A stretch of DNA of 64,000 nt, taken from IMG/VR virus record IMGVR_UViG_3300048588_001019, positions 1-64,000 of that record, one strand, 5' to 3'. Positions 9,864 through 19,392 of this stretch are shown piece after piece. The notes below the pieces were generated by a model, which saw only the letters and a program-made list of their open reading frames with translations, was not told where the DNA came from and made no database searches. Made by a program: the position numbers and the translations under genes. Within the stretch, counting starts at the first letter, position 1, and each line of letters starts with the position of its first letter. This stretch comes from a virus.

Positions 9864-10091
9864 TGCAAGTCCTTTCGTACGAACGGCTTTTTTGTGATAG
9901 ATGAAAATAAATATTCCTTTTGTTTTTTATGTAATAAATAGTTGTTAATCGTTCAGAAGCATTTTTCCATCCTCCTTTCAAAGAACCTATCGGCATTCCT
10001 CGGCCAGACTTTAGGAGAAATTTTTCAGAACCAATCTGAAACATCTCGAACCAAAAATGATCTAGAAAGAATGTCTTAAATTGTTTAAATT

Positions 10092-10613
10092 ATGGAGTTA
10101 ATTCAGAATTCGATATTTTTCGATCCGGATCGTGTTAAAATTAAAACGAATTCATACGAACCAAGTCGTGTCATGCAGGGGAACGGTATGGAAGAAAATG
10201 GAAACAACATTACTAAGGTAAAAGATAGATACGGTTTGACTTTGGAGAGTCTCGCGGCTCTCTTAGATGACAATAAATCGAAGATATCACGGTGGATGAA
10301 GGCATACACAGACGAAAAAATTCCGGATATATACACAGAGGCTGATGAAATTTTGACTGCATTGGGAAGTGTTCACGAAGATCGCGCTGTGATCATCGGG
10401 CGATCACTCAACGCAGACAAATGCCAAACGATAGGAAAAATTCTAACCGCAGTACGCGAGTTTGGAGAAAAGGAAGCCTATCTGGCAGGATACCTTCTAG
10501 GCAAGATTTCGCAAGGTGAAGATAAGAAAACGATAGCGCTAAACTTTGAAAGCTTTAAAAAAGGTTTTTCGGAAGCATTCGATTCACAAAAAAGCTTAGC
10601 CCAAACTCCTTGA
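10092..10613 (+). CDS. HTH repressor-like protein (start may be 10188)
   Basis: VKDRYGLTLESLAALLDDNKSKISRWM HTH. Confidence 0.6.
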   Translation: MELIQNSIFFDPDRVKIKTNSYEPSRVMQGNGMEENGNNITKVKDRYGLTLESLAALLDDNKSKISRWMKAYTDEKIPDIYTEADEILTALGSVHEDRAVIIGRSLNADKCQTIGKILTAVREFGEKEAYLAGYLLGKISQGEDKKTIALNFESFKKGFSEAFDSQKSLAQTP

Positions 10614-11030
10614 TGCTTTCATTGCGGGATAAGCAAAGATCAAATGGATAGTTTAAAACCTTTCTTGTCCCGTCGAATCAGACAAGTGCGAAGGCGATTT
10701 TTCCAAAAATAGCTCCTGTTCACCGCCTACTGAAATTGATCTAAACAGACTAGGGATCGGTCGCGGTCATCTCTTCTTCGCTATTTTTACTATCAGTGGG
10801 ACATACTTCTTTCCTCTGGCCAACCGTTGGACAGATATCTCAAGCGCTCCTCATTGGGGATTTTGGAGTTTTGGAATAGGATAGGATTTTAGTTGAAGAA
10901 CGCATCATTCTGAAATTCAAGCCCGCAAGCGACGTGTCCGCTTATCTGCGGACAGCGACTTTCTTCCACATCGACGTTTCAGGAGTTATCCTTCCAAAAG
11001 CCCAATCTATGGGCATTTGATAAGGAAAAC

Positions 11031-11783
11031 ATGATGACGGAACGCAGAATACTTGGCTGGATCCCTGACAAGGTTGATGAACGGGACCACATTTATAGAG
11101 CAAATAAGTCGAGGGGAAGATTCCCTGCAACGATCGACCACAGAAAGCGCTTTTTCCGCGCCTGGGATCAGGGCGATCTCGGATCCTGCACGGCTCAGGC
11201 CACAGGAGCAGCCTGCATGTTTCTTGATATTTACGATCGGGACATGCCTGTCGTTGTTCCTTCAAGGCTCTTTGTTTACTATGCGACCAGGACGCTCGAA
11301 GGCACCAAAAACGTTGATTCGGGTGCGACCATCCGCAACACAATCAAGGCCATTGCGAACTGGGGCTATCCACCTGAGAGCAAGTGGCCCTATGATGTCA
11401 AAAAATTCACGACACGCCCTTCGGAGGACGTTATTGCCGAGGCTGCGAAGGAGAGAATCAACTCCTACCAGCGTCTTGATCGGGACCTTGGTCAGTTTCG
11501 CGAAGTCCTTTGCGAAGGCTATCCGATCATTCTTGGCTTTGGAGTTTATTCGTCCGTTTACGACCGCAGCGTGAAGAAAACCGGCCATATTCCTGTGCCC
11601 AATGCTGGAGAGAAGCGGGAGGGCGGACATGCTGTTCTTGTGGTCGGATACGATGACACAAAGGAGGCTTTGATCATCCGTAACTCATGGGGTGAGGATT
11701 GGGGCGAGGAAGGCTATGGATACCTGCCCTATGTTTTCATCGAGGATCCGAAGTTGTCTGGGGATTTCTGGACCATCCGTTAA
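11031..11783 (+). CDS. Papain-like C1 cysteine peptidase
   Basis: [10 protein letters not shown] (Q/C), [10 protein letters not shown] (H), [14 protein letters not shown] (N). Confidence 0.95.
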   Translation: MMTERRILGWIPDKVDERDHIYRANKSRGRFPATIDHRKRFFRAWDQGDLGSCTAQATGAACMFLDIYDRDMPVVVPSRLFVYYATRTLEGTKNVDSGATIRNTIKAIANWGYPPESKWPYDVKKFTTRPSEDVIAEAAKERINSYQRLDRDLGQFREVLCEGYPIILGFGVYSSVYDRSVKKTGHIPVPNAGEKREGGHAVLVVGYDDTKEALIIRNSWGEDWGEEGYGYLPYVFIEDPKLSGDFWTIR

Positions 11784-11799
11784 ATCTGTCGAGGCCGAC

Positions 11800-12429
11800 A
11801 TGCTGATCATTGATGTGATTGACGACAATCGAGCCGACAACTGGTCAGCATCCGAGATGATTGAAGAGATCAAGCGGATCCAAGACGCTTTGAATGAGAC
11901 GGCCCGGAAGGCAACCCATTCCCTTAAGGCGGATATGCCTTCACGTTTCACCTTGCGCAAAAACTGGGCGCAAAAAGGGATCCGGTTTGAGCGGGCCACC
12001 CGAGACTCCCTTCAGGCTCGCGTCTTCTCTTTGGACTCCTGGCTTTTGAAGCAGGAAGAGGGGCAAGTGTGGAAGCCCCAGGGGCATGTGGCGATCCCGA
12101 AAGCTGCCCGCCCATCGGAGAGGTCTCTCATCCCGAGGTCAATGTTTCCAAATGCCTTGCGTGATCGCAAGGATGTCTTCGCGTTCGACTTTTCCAAAAA
12201 TGCTTCATGGAAGCCGTTTCCTCACCACGGGATTTTTCAGCGTGTGAGGGGTGGGCAGCACCTGCGGGTGCTCTATTTGCTCAAGGATAAAAAGACAACC
12301 CCGGCACGATGGAGATTCAGCGAGCAGGTCGCGGACGTGGTCAATCAGTATTTTGATCGCTACTATGACGAAGATGAACTCGATGACTTTTATTGGAGTC
12401 GCGAGAGTTACGCTACTGATTTCAGGTAG
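11800..12429 (+). CDS. Phage protein, lambda GpZ/minor tail-like (intact template of repeated fragments)
   Basis: ALNETARKA...RFTLRKNW...GIFQR; GAGG RBS before ATG 11800; genes of this type are often found upstream of cos/TerS. Confidence 0.6.
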   Translation: MLIIDVIDDNRADNWSASEMIEEIKRIQDALNETARKATHSLKADMPSRFTLRKNWAQKGIRFERATRDSLQARVFSLDSWLLKQEEGQVWKPQGHVAIPKAARPSERSLIPRSMFPNALRDRKDVFAFDFSKNASWKPFPHHGIFQRVRGGQHLRVLYLLKDKKTTPARWRFSEQVADVVNQYFDRYYDEDELDDFYWSRESYATDFR

Positions 12430-12573
12430 CAGCTCATAAAAAAGGGACCACTTTGCAGCGATCCCTCACGCCAGCTCTCCCAAGCTGTCCCGGCAATACT
12501 CCGGCGAAGCCAGATTGATGTCAACATCATTGGCTGACTTCGATGGGAAGCGGACACTTTTTAGGGAGAACCT

Positions 12574-13347
12574 ATGGAAAAAATCAAGTTTGGCGATCTT
12601 ATCAAAATCGGACGACACACCCTTCTTTGCGGTGATAGCTCCGAGCGCGCGATGCTTGCCCCGCTATTCGAGAATCGGTTTCCTGTCCTGATGGTTACTG
12701 ACCCACCCTATGGCGTGAATTTCAAAGTTAGGGACAGGCAGGAGCCTTCAACCGTCCTCGCTCAGGGGACGAAGCTGGAAGAACTCGGGATCCGGAACGA
12801 TCATCGCGCGTCCTGGTCGCGGGCGTTTCATCTCTCCCAGGCCAGGGTCGCCTATATCTGGCATGCTTCGACCGCGACTGACGTGGCCCTTCAGGCCATT
12901 CGCGATGGGGACTACGAGCCGAGGCAGGTCATTGTCTGGGCAAAGAACCGTGCTACCTTAAGTCGGGCCGCGTATCATTGGAAGCACGAAAGCTGCGTTT
13001 ATGCCGTCCGCTTTGGTGAGACCGCCAACTGGAAGGGCGACCGGAAGCAGACCACACTTTGGGCTGCCGATATTCCGCCAGCAAAAGACCGGATTCACCC
13101 CACTCAAAAGCCGATTGAACTCTATGTCCGTCCAATTCTGAATCATACCGAAAGAGGGGATGTGATTTATGACCCGTTCGCCGGTTCAGGAGTGATCTTC
13201 GCAGCTGCTCAGGAAGCAGGTCGTGAGGCGTTCGGAGTTGAAATTGAGCCTTTATTTTGCGAAAAGATAATTGCGCGAATGGAAAGCCAGTATCAATTAA
13301 AGCCCAGGGTGATCGGCAATGTATTTCTTCCGAGTGCGAAGGCTTGA
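12574..13347 (+). CDS. Beta-class N6-adenine/N4-cytosine DNA methyltransferase
   Basis: HTLLCGDS, TDPPY, HPTQKP, DPFAGSG order. Confidence 0.93.
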   Translation: MEKIKFGDLIKIGRHTLLCGDSSERAMLAPLFENRFPVLMVTDPPYGVNFKVRDRQEPSTVLAQGTKLEELGIRNDHRASWSRAFHLSQARVAYIWHASTATDVALQAIRDGDYEPRQVIVWAKNRATLSRAAYHWKHESCVYAVRFGETANWKGDRKQTTLWAADIPPAKDRIHPTQKPIELYVRPILNHTERGDVIYDPFAGSGVIFAAAQEAGREAFGVEIEPLFCEKIIARMESQYQLKPRVIGNVFLPSAKA

Positions 13348-13368
13348 TCAATTGCCTGAGTCGCCTTT

Positions 13369-13776
13369 TTAAGGGCCTGTCGAGATGATCACTTCAATTT
13401 TTCCAGGCTTTTTAACCTCAGAGTAGGGCTTAGGCACTTGAGAGACAATGGCTCCCTTTTTAACAGAGCGGCTGGCTATATACCCGACTATCTTGATTGA
13501 AAACCCTGTGCCAGCTATGAATTCCTCGATAACGGCAGGATCATTTGGATCCTTGCCTTCCAAAGGGGGAACCCACTCCATGGGCTTATCCATTTCCAAC
13601 GAGCCTCCTCTCCCACCAAGTGGTGGTTTAATATCCGAATTTTTCGCTAGGGTAACCTCGGAGGTAACAGCAGATCCACCATGGGCTTCCTGTAAGGTTA
13701 AACCTGTGAAACTTGCATAAAGCATTGCTGCCGAAACAAGAGACCTTATATTCGTCCACATTATCTGTAGCCTCAC
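13369..13776 (-). CDS. Secreted PASTA-domain protein
   Basis: Signal-like N-terminus; SRSVKKGAIVSQVPKPYSEVKKPGKIEVIISTGP. Confidence 0.75.
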   Translation of the reverse strand: MRLQIMWTNIRSLVSAAMLYASFTGLTLQEAHGGSAVTSEVTLAKNSDIKPPLGGRGGSLEMDKPMEWVPPLEGKDPNDPAVIEEFIAGTGFSIKIVGYIASRSVKKGAIVSQVPKPYSEVKKPGKIEVIISTGP

Positions 13777-13857
13777 GGTTACGGGGCATTCATCCCGGTT
13801 ATTGCAACTTCTGTTAGACTTGACTTTTAACTTTGAATCATAAGCGGCGCCATCCTG

Positions 13858-14077
13858 AATGCAGGGTAGCCAGTACCTAAGGATTCTCTATTTCCTCGAG
13901 GACAAAAACAGCACTCTGGCTCGTTGGTAATTCAGCGAGCAGGTGGAGGACGTGGTCGATGAATAAATTGATCCCTACTACGGTGAGGATGAACTCGATA
14001 TTCCATTGGGACCGTGAATGCCAAGCGGCCAATCTCAGATAACATCCCACAAAAAAGGGACCACATACTCGATCCCT
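13858..14077 (+). pseudogene. Degenerate copy of the 3' end of the GpZ-like gene plus downstream hairpin
   Basis: Aligns with ~12245-12466 (TTCAGCGAGCAGGT, GATGAACTCGAT, AAAAAAGGGACCAC); in-frame stops. Confidence 0.9.
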
Positions 14078-14133
14078 TTCCTTCTAACTACTTTCCTTGA
14101 TTTAGAAGCCTGCTAGACATTTTCCAACTTTCT

Positions 14134-14592
14134 TTACTTTCTCGATTTCGGTAATTCATAGCATTTGGGTATTCTTGATACTAAATCATTCTCGCTAGTC
14201 TTGTTGAAATGTGCTGCGGTTCTGATTGCCCATTCAAACTTCCCCGAAAGTTTATTCAAAGTATTTTTCGACAAAGAAGCGCAGGCTATGTTCAGTTCCT
14301 TAGAGTGTCTATGAATTATCGTACCGAGCTGATCAGTTAGAGTCTCATCAACACTTGCTGTCTTGAATGCCAATGCTTTAAGATATTCACTCAAGCAATC
14401 TTTGCACTGACCTTTAGCCAAAAGCGGGATCATTTTGGCGACTGTTGGGAGAAATTCGTTCTCATGAAACTCATTTCTTGTGACAGCGTCTTCTTTAGAC
14501 TCATTTTGACTAGTTTTATGAAACACGGTGATAACTTCTTTTTCTCCTGATAGACTTAATTGGGCCAGGATGAGCAAAGTCGATATCATCAT
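14134..14592 (-). CDS. Secreted hypothetical protein, putative immunity protein
   Basis: Signal peptide; starts 21 bp after a toxin-tip remnant. Confidence 0.6.
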   Translation of the reverse strand: MMISTLLILAQLSLSGEKEVITVFHKTSQNESKEDAVTRNEFHENEFLPTVAKMIPLLAKGQCKDCLSEYLKALAFKTASVDETLTDQLGTIIHRHSKELNIACASLSKNTLNKLSGKFEWAIRTAAHFNKTSENDLVSRIPKCYELPKSRK

Positions 14593-14612
14593 TTAGGAAC
14601 CTCGATCCATTC

Positions 14613-14777
14613 TTATTTGACTTTAAGCTTAATGTAAGGCGTCTGAGGTTGGCGATATATTTTTCTGAGTATGTCGCCTAGGGCATCAGAACCGTTACTC
14701 AGAGAGCATTTGACCCCAAGACATCCTAAGGTGCCCGGCACGCCGCGATCAGGATGGATCCTGAGTCGAAGGCGGGT
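14613..14777 (-). pseudogene. Orphan C-terminal fragment of an L,D-transpeptidase-fold (YkuD/Tlde1-like) toxin
   Basis: Translates TRLRLRIHPDRGVPGTLGCLGVKC...KLKVK*; His...GC catalytic pattern; no start codon. Confidence 0.6.
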
Positions 14778-15004
14778 CTAATGTTTGATGTTCTTGCGAC
14801 CAATTTAAGCTCGTTTTGATCTCGTATGTGAATCTAGATTGAAATAATCCTGGCTAACGCGGTTAAGATTTCTTAACCTATTTTAAATGAGAAAATAGAA
14901 TATCCGAGGCTACTTTTTGTAGCAGATACTCATCTAATAATTTCAATTTCAAATTTTTATGAAACGATTGCGAAGTTTCTGCCAGTCCGCAACAAGAAAC
15001 GCTG

Positions 15005-15133
15005 GCTCAGGAAGCAGACCGTGAGGCGTTTGGTGTCGAAATTGAGCATTTGCTTTGCGAGAAGATCATTGCGCGAATGGAAAATCAGTATAGTTTGAAA
15101 GCCAAACTCATCGGCAATGTTTTTGCCCTGTAA
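15005..15133 (+). pseudogene. Degenerate copy of the methyltransferase 3' end
   Basis: GCTCAGGAAGCAG...ATTGCGCGAATGGAAA...ATCGGCAATGT aligns with 13207-13326. Confidence 0.9.
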
Positions 15134-15219
15134 TCAGTGGCCGCTGGAATGGACTGTCCGCAGCCCTAAGTGAGTTTCGAAATGCTGCAGTGTAAGGCTT
15201 GCCCTGCTTGCAGTAGGGA

Positions 15220-15252
15220 CAAAAAAGAGCAGGTTTGAAAGCCTGCCCTTTA
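15220..15252 (-). terminator. Rho-independent terminator
   Basis: A-tract plus GCAGGT-TTGAAA-GCCTGC hairpin just past the stop of 15260. Confidence 0.6.
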
Positions 15253-15259
15253 ATCTGAT

Positions 15260-15703
15260 TTATTGTGTTGCTTCCCGGATCAGCATTCTGCGGTCTTTGA
15301 GAATCACTGAATCAAGCGTATCGCCTTCACTCACTTCGTAAGAAAGGTTGCCGCCACTTGGCCCAACTGTCCCGACAGGTTTTTTCCAGTCACGGAGGAT
15401 GCGAATGTCTTCGGGGGAGAATCTAAGTACAGGAGGATTTACGCCGCCAGTACCAGCATCAAGTTCCGACAAGGGAGTTCCGGTGCCGATTGAGCCCGCG
15501 CTCACCAGGATATGCGGCTGGAGCTTTGTTTTAGTGAGAAGGCCGAGATCGCCCTTCAAATCATAAAGACCACCATCAAGCTCGGGACTGAGATTAAGAA
15601 TCTGTTCCAAATCCTTGATGGCTGGAGGGGTGCCGCCACTCATTCCGCTCCCGCCAAAAGCTTGAGATGAGGCAAGCACTATAGTCAGTAATGTCTTTTT
15701 CAT
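15260..15703 (-). CDS. Secreted hypothetical protein
   Basis: MKKTLLTIVLASSQAFGG signal peptide with GGAG RBS; true start 15703. Confidence 0.7.
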   Translation of the reverse strand: MKKTLLTIVLASSQAFGGSGMSGGTPPAIKDLEQILNLSPELDGGLYDLKGDLGLLTKTKLQPHILVSAGSIGTGTPLSELDAGTGGVNPPVLRFSPEDIRILRDWKKPVGTVGPSGGNLSYEVSEGDTLDSVILKDRRMLIREATQ

Positions 15704-15707
15704 CGTA

Positions 15708-16403
15708 TCACTCCACTGGCCCGGCGATAAGCGAACCGACGATAACATTGTTGCCTTTTCGTTTATCCAGAACCTCATGAATCTTCTCTTTGTATTCGGA
15801 TGTAATGCGATAGATTTCTCGCACTCCATCATCATCAACTGCACCGCGAAAGTTCTCCAACGATGTCCCTGGCGTATCAAGTGAGACGATATCGAAATGA
15901 TGCACCGAAACAAGCTTCAGGATCTCCTCGCTTGGGAAAGCGATACCTTTAAGGTTATCGAGATACATTCCATCGACTTCAGACAGGATGCCAAGCTCAA
16001 CCAGCTTTTCGACTCGCTTCATTCCGTCTGAGCCAAATTTCTCTTTTATCTGGGTGATCCTTGCATTCAACGTTGCTGCAAATACAAACACGCGATAAAG
16101 TTGGGCATCCTTTGCGAGATATCCGATAAGCACCTCGGTTTTATCCGAACCAACGGCCACATATTCTTTTGATTCCACCGGATAAAAATCCGCGAGCACG
16201 TTCAAATAGCTCTGGGGCTCAAGAACTTTCAGGATCTTACTTGCGTTGAGAAATGACAAGTTTTTTTGACTGCCATCCACAAGTCGATAGATCGTCGTGT
16301 TGTCTACCCCTGTTTGCCGTGAAAACCAACGAAAACTTTCGCTTCGAGAGTCCACGTACTCTTTGATTTTCGGCTTTAGAAAGGCGCATATAGTATGAGC
16401 CAC
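15708..16403 (-). CDS. HTH/winged-helix regulator, TIGR02147/DUF4423-like
   Basis: SFRWFSRQTGVDNTTIYRL HTH, VEKLVELGIL wHTH, HH...EIYRITSEYKEKI C-domain. Confidence 0.65.
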   Translation of the reverse strand: MAHTICAFLKPKIKEYVDSRSESFRWFSRQTGVDNTTIYRLVDGSQKNLSFLNASKILKVLEPQSYLNVLADFYPVESKEYVAVGSDKTEVLIGYLAKDAQLYRVFVFAATLNARITQIKEKFGSDGMKRVEKLVELGILSEVDGMYLDNLKGIAFPSEEILKLVSVHHFDIVSLDTPGTSLENFRGAVDDDGVREIYRITSEYKEKIHEVLDKRKGNNVIVGSLIAGPVE

Positions 16404-16535
16404 TTAGACACCCCACTTGCATCTACTATATAGTTACGAGCGTTGATTACCATGATCTGCGGGATTTCGGAAATGTGAATGACCCGTCCTGGGTAAATTT
16501 TCCTTAACTATTACTGTCAAAATAGCTTGGATGGA

Positions 16536-16592
16536 CTATTTCATTTGAAACAAACAGCAATTTCGATTCACTCCTTGTTTCAAATGAAACAA
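16536..16592. promoter_or_regulatory. Twin palindromic operators TTGTTTCA-N2-TGAAACAA
   Basis: CTATTTCATTTGAAACAA (16536-16553) and TTGTTTCAAATGAAACAA (16575-16592) between divergent genes. Confidence 0.6.
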
Positions 16593-16890
16593 CTCCTGTT
16601 CCTTTTTTTTCGATAGTTTACGGGGCGAATGACCTCATCTGAAAGAAAACCTGATTCATCTGCCGAATCATTTTCCTTTCGTTCTCTGCAAGTCGTTGCC
16701 TGCTCTCAATTCGTTGCGTATTCCGACTTCTGAAAATGAACCGAGATGGATAACTTTCAAGGTCAGTCGAGTTTTCTCTCAAAGTCATTCTCGTCCCTGT
16801 GTAATGCCACGCGGCTCCCACCACTCGGGCGATTAAATCTTTTGAAGGCGGGCTTCTTTGGAAGCTCCGCCTGATTTCAAATTCTAAGAG

Positions 16891-18105
16891 ATGTTATTGG
16901 AGAGAAATATGAGGAATTTAAGAATGTTTCGAACGCTTTTGGGCGCATGTGCTCTCTTAGCATTTACGTCGGTGACTGGATTTGGTTTCACTCAGCAAAC
17001 GAGACGAGACGAGCTCTGCGGCGTTGAGCTTTACGAAGAGAGAAGCGATCGTCCGGACGTTTGTGGCAATAGACACGCCGTGAAGGCATCGCCTGCATGC
17101 CCTTTTGATAGATTCGAGTCTGGCACCGACCTAGCCTGCCCTGGTGCAGATGCAGGTGGCCGGAAAGTTAAGCCCCAGGCCAGGTTTTTCGGCAATACCG
17201 CAGTGACAATCGACTGGGGCAGAGCCCAGGGCGGCTCGATCGTACAAGGCGACGAGAACTTGAGTCAGCTCGTAGGATCCTCCTACGCTGACTATAAGAC
17301 CTTTGGCACCCCCGCTAGCGGCGGCGGCGGTTATAGGTGGGTAAAAGAGAGCAGGTATTGGAGCTGCGTGCTGGAAGCTCAGAAAAATCCTCAGTTCAGT
17401 TATGTCTCGGTTGAATGCACAGCCAAGCCGTACGCAACGACCTGCGAAGCGGAAAGGTTCGGAAAGATATACAAATCTTGCGAATCCACGACTCACGAAA
17501 TCGTCGGGGCGAAGACCTGCAGAAGCGATCAATTCCGACCTGAGCTTTATAAGAGCTGCAGCTTTTACAAGACGAGAGATGAACTCAATGTTTACCTCAC
17601 TGAGGTCAGTTCATCTGCTGATAACTATATCATGATCCTCCCGACTCGACAGGCGGACCTTTATAGCAAACTCCGCGACGAGGCGTCTTTCAAATGCCTA
17701 ATTGAAAAATATGACGGGACACCATTCATGGATGAAGTTGTAGTGGATCTGAAGGAAAAATTCTTCCTAATCTTCGGATTGCAGTACGACGAGTCCGAGG
17801 TGGATTGCAAAAACGTTTCTATCAACGTCAATCCAGAGGTTACGGCAGGCAAATTGAATTGCAAAAATTACACCTACGATAGCTTGAAAGCTCTCATTCT
17901 TCCAGAGGGCATGAGCAAGGGGCTATTCGATAGTTTCGTTAAGAAATGTCAGTCAAAAATAGTATACGACAATCTCTCCAGCTGGTTTGAGACCAAAAAG
18001 GATGAAATCTCACTTCTGGAAGATGACTTAGCGGCTCAAAAGGACACCGGATTGCGTAACAGGCTTCTTGAATTGAAAACCAGGCTTGATGACGCCACCA
18101 AATAA
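16891..18105 (+). CDS. Secreted cysteine-rich protein with C-terminal helical region
   Basis: Signal peptide, many Cys; first gene of the toxin operon. Confidence 0.75.
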   Translation: MLLERNMRNLRMFRTLLGACALLAFTSVTGFGFTQQTRRDELCGVELYEERSDRPDVCGNRHAVKASPACPFDRFESGTDLACPGADAGGRKVKPQARFFGNTAVTIDWGRAQGGSIVQGDENLSQLVGSSYADYKTFGTPASGGGGYRWVKESRYWSCVLEAQKNPQFSYVSVECTAKPYATTCEAERFGKIYKSCESTTHEIVGAKTCRSDQFRPELYKSCSFYKTRDELNVYLTEVSSSADNYIMILPTRQADLYSKLRDEASFKCLIEKYDGTPFMDEVVVDLKEKFFLIFGLQYDESEVDCKNVSINVNPEVTAGKLNCKNYTYDSLKALILPEGMSKGLFDSFVKKCQSKIVYDNLSSWFETKKDEISLLEDDLAAQKDTGLRNRLLELKTRLDDATK

Positions 18106-18130
18106 CGCGATGAATCGGGAGCGCTGTCCT

Positions 18131-19390
18131 ATGAAAAGCAGGTTCATTTTAGGGGTATTGGCCCTGGTGCTAAGTATGAATGTGCGTCCGGTTACTGTTT
18201 TGGGCCAAGGTATCGAGATACCTTCATGCACGATGAGCTATGGAATGGATGCCTTTCCTTTAGAGAGCCTTCGTGCGACAAAATATTATGTTAGCTTTTG
18301 CGCCCAAAAACTCCAGAAAGCGAAGCAATGTTTCGAAAAGGCTGAGCGTGTCACTGCTGATCTTCAGCGGATTTCAGAAAGCTTTGCAAAAAGGCTAGAG
18401 CAGGGTGGGGTTGGCACCGGCAACATCTGGAATCGGTATCTTTCTTTGAAACAATCCACTCTCCAGAACCAGGAGAGAATAGGTTTATTGATAAGAGATT
18501 TTAAGGATGTTCCGACCGACGAGGCGCGTATCCTGCAGCAGATGTCGAATCTTCATACGAGGTTTGCGGCTGATATAGAGTCCCTGAACTCGGTATACAA
18601 TGCCGAAAGTCAGCTTCTCGGGGCTTTGGACGAACTTCAGGCAGAGCTTGAGTCCGCGGGTCTCTCCGATGGCATGAAACTTCAGGCAAATGACGGATCT
18701 GCATGCGATCAAAAGGAATTCAGTCCGACAGCAACAAAGCTTGAACAGTTGCCTCGTCAGATGTACTCCGACTCCGTTATCATAAAAGATTCTATCACGA
18801 AGACCAGGCAAGCTCGAGAAGCGCTTGTTCAATACGCTTTCTTCTACTTTAAGCTGGCATTGGAGAATGCGTATAAGAACGCAATCAACGGCGGTCTGTC
18901 CGATCTGGGAGGAAAACTGGATGCAGTACTGCAGGCTAAGACCGTAGGCGCTGAGTTCGAAGCCTGGGTCACCTATACAGCCACGGAGAATGACCGGAAC
19001 TATCTTGAGTCGGTCTACCTTCAGTTTACAAAGCCTTTTGCCCTGGCTGTCTTGGATCAGAAAACCGCCCAAAACTTTCTCGACAGGATGCGTGTCATTA
19101 GAGATGCGTACCCTGAGGTAGCGGCACCCTACGTCACCAGAATCGAAAGTATGATCAAGTTTTTTGGTGATAAAGTGGCCCGTATCGAGAAAAAAGGCTG
19201 GAACGGGTATCTGAGTAGCCAAAAATCCTGGGCTGACAGATACGTAGCAAACCCAGCACAAGTCTCCAAAGAGTGTGTCGCTGCAATGAGCGAATATTTG
19301 AAATCCTATTCGGCCGTCGAGAGTTTTGACGTATTTCAGCAAGCTGAAGACGCTTACAAAGCTGCCGCCACAATTTGCAGAAGGAAATAA
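18131..19390 (+). CDS. Secreted long helical/coiled-coil protein
   Basis: MKSRFILGVLALVLS signal; GGAG RBS; heptad-rich. Confidence 0.75.
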   Translation: MKSRFILGVLALVLSMNVRPVTVLGQGIEIPSCTMSYGMDAFPLESLRATKYYVSFCAQKLQKAKQCFEKAERVTADLQRISESFAKRLEQGGVGTGNIWNRYLSLKQSTLQNQERIGLLIRDFKDVPTDEARILQQMSNLHTRFAADIESLNSVYNAESQLLGALDELQAELESAGLSDGMKLQANDGSACDQKEFSPTATKLEQLPRQMYSDSVIIKDSITKTRQAREALVQYAFFYFKLALENAYKNAINGGLSDLGGKLDAVLQAKTVGAEFEAWVTYTATENDRNYLESVYLQFTKPFALAVLDQKTAQNFLDRMRVIRDAYPEVAAPYVTRIESMIKFFGDKVARIEKKGWNGYLSSQKSWADRYVANPAQVSKECVAAMSEYLKSYSAVESFDVFQQAEDAYKAAATICRRK

Positions 19391-19392
19391 GA

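Noticed and set aside
5513-15913. ORF-track N-terminal extensions of ssb (5513), the GpZ-like gene (11692) and 15260-15913
   Set aside because: They overlap upstream genes; downstream starts have an RBS and family-typical N-termini
18485-19342. Long antisense ORFs (also 8330-9046, 45431-46198, 60328-61092)
   Set aside because: Shadows of well-supported genes on the opposite strand
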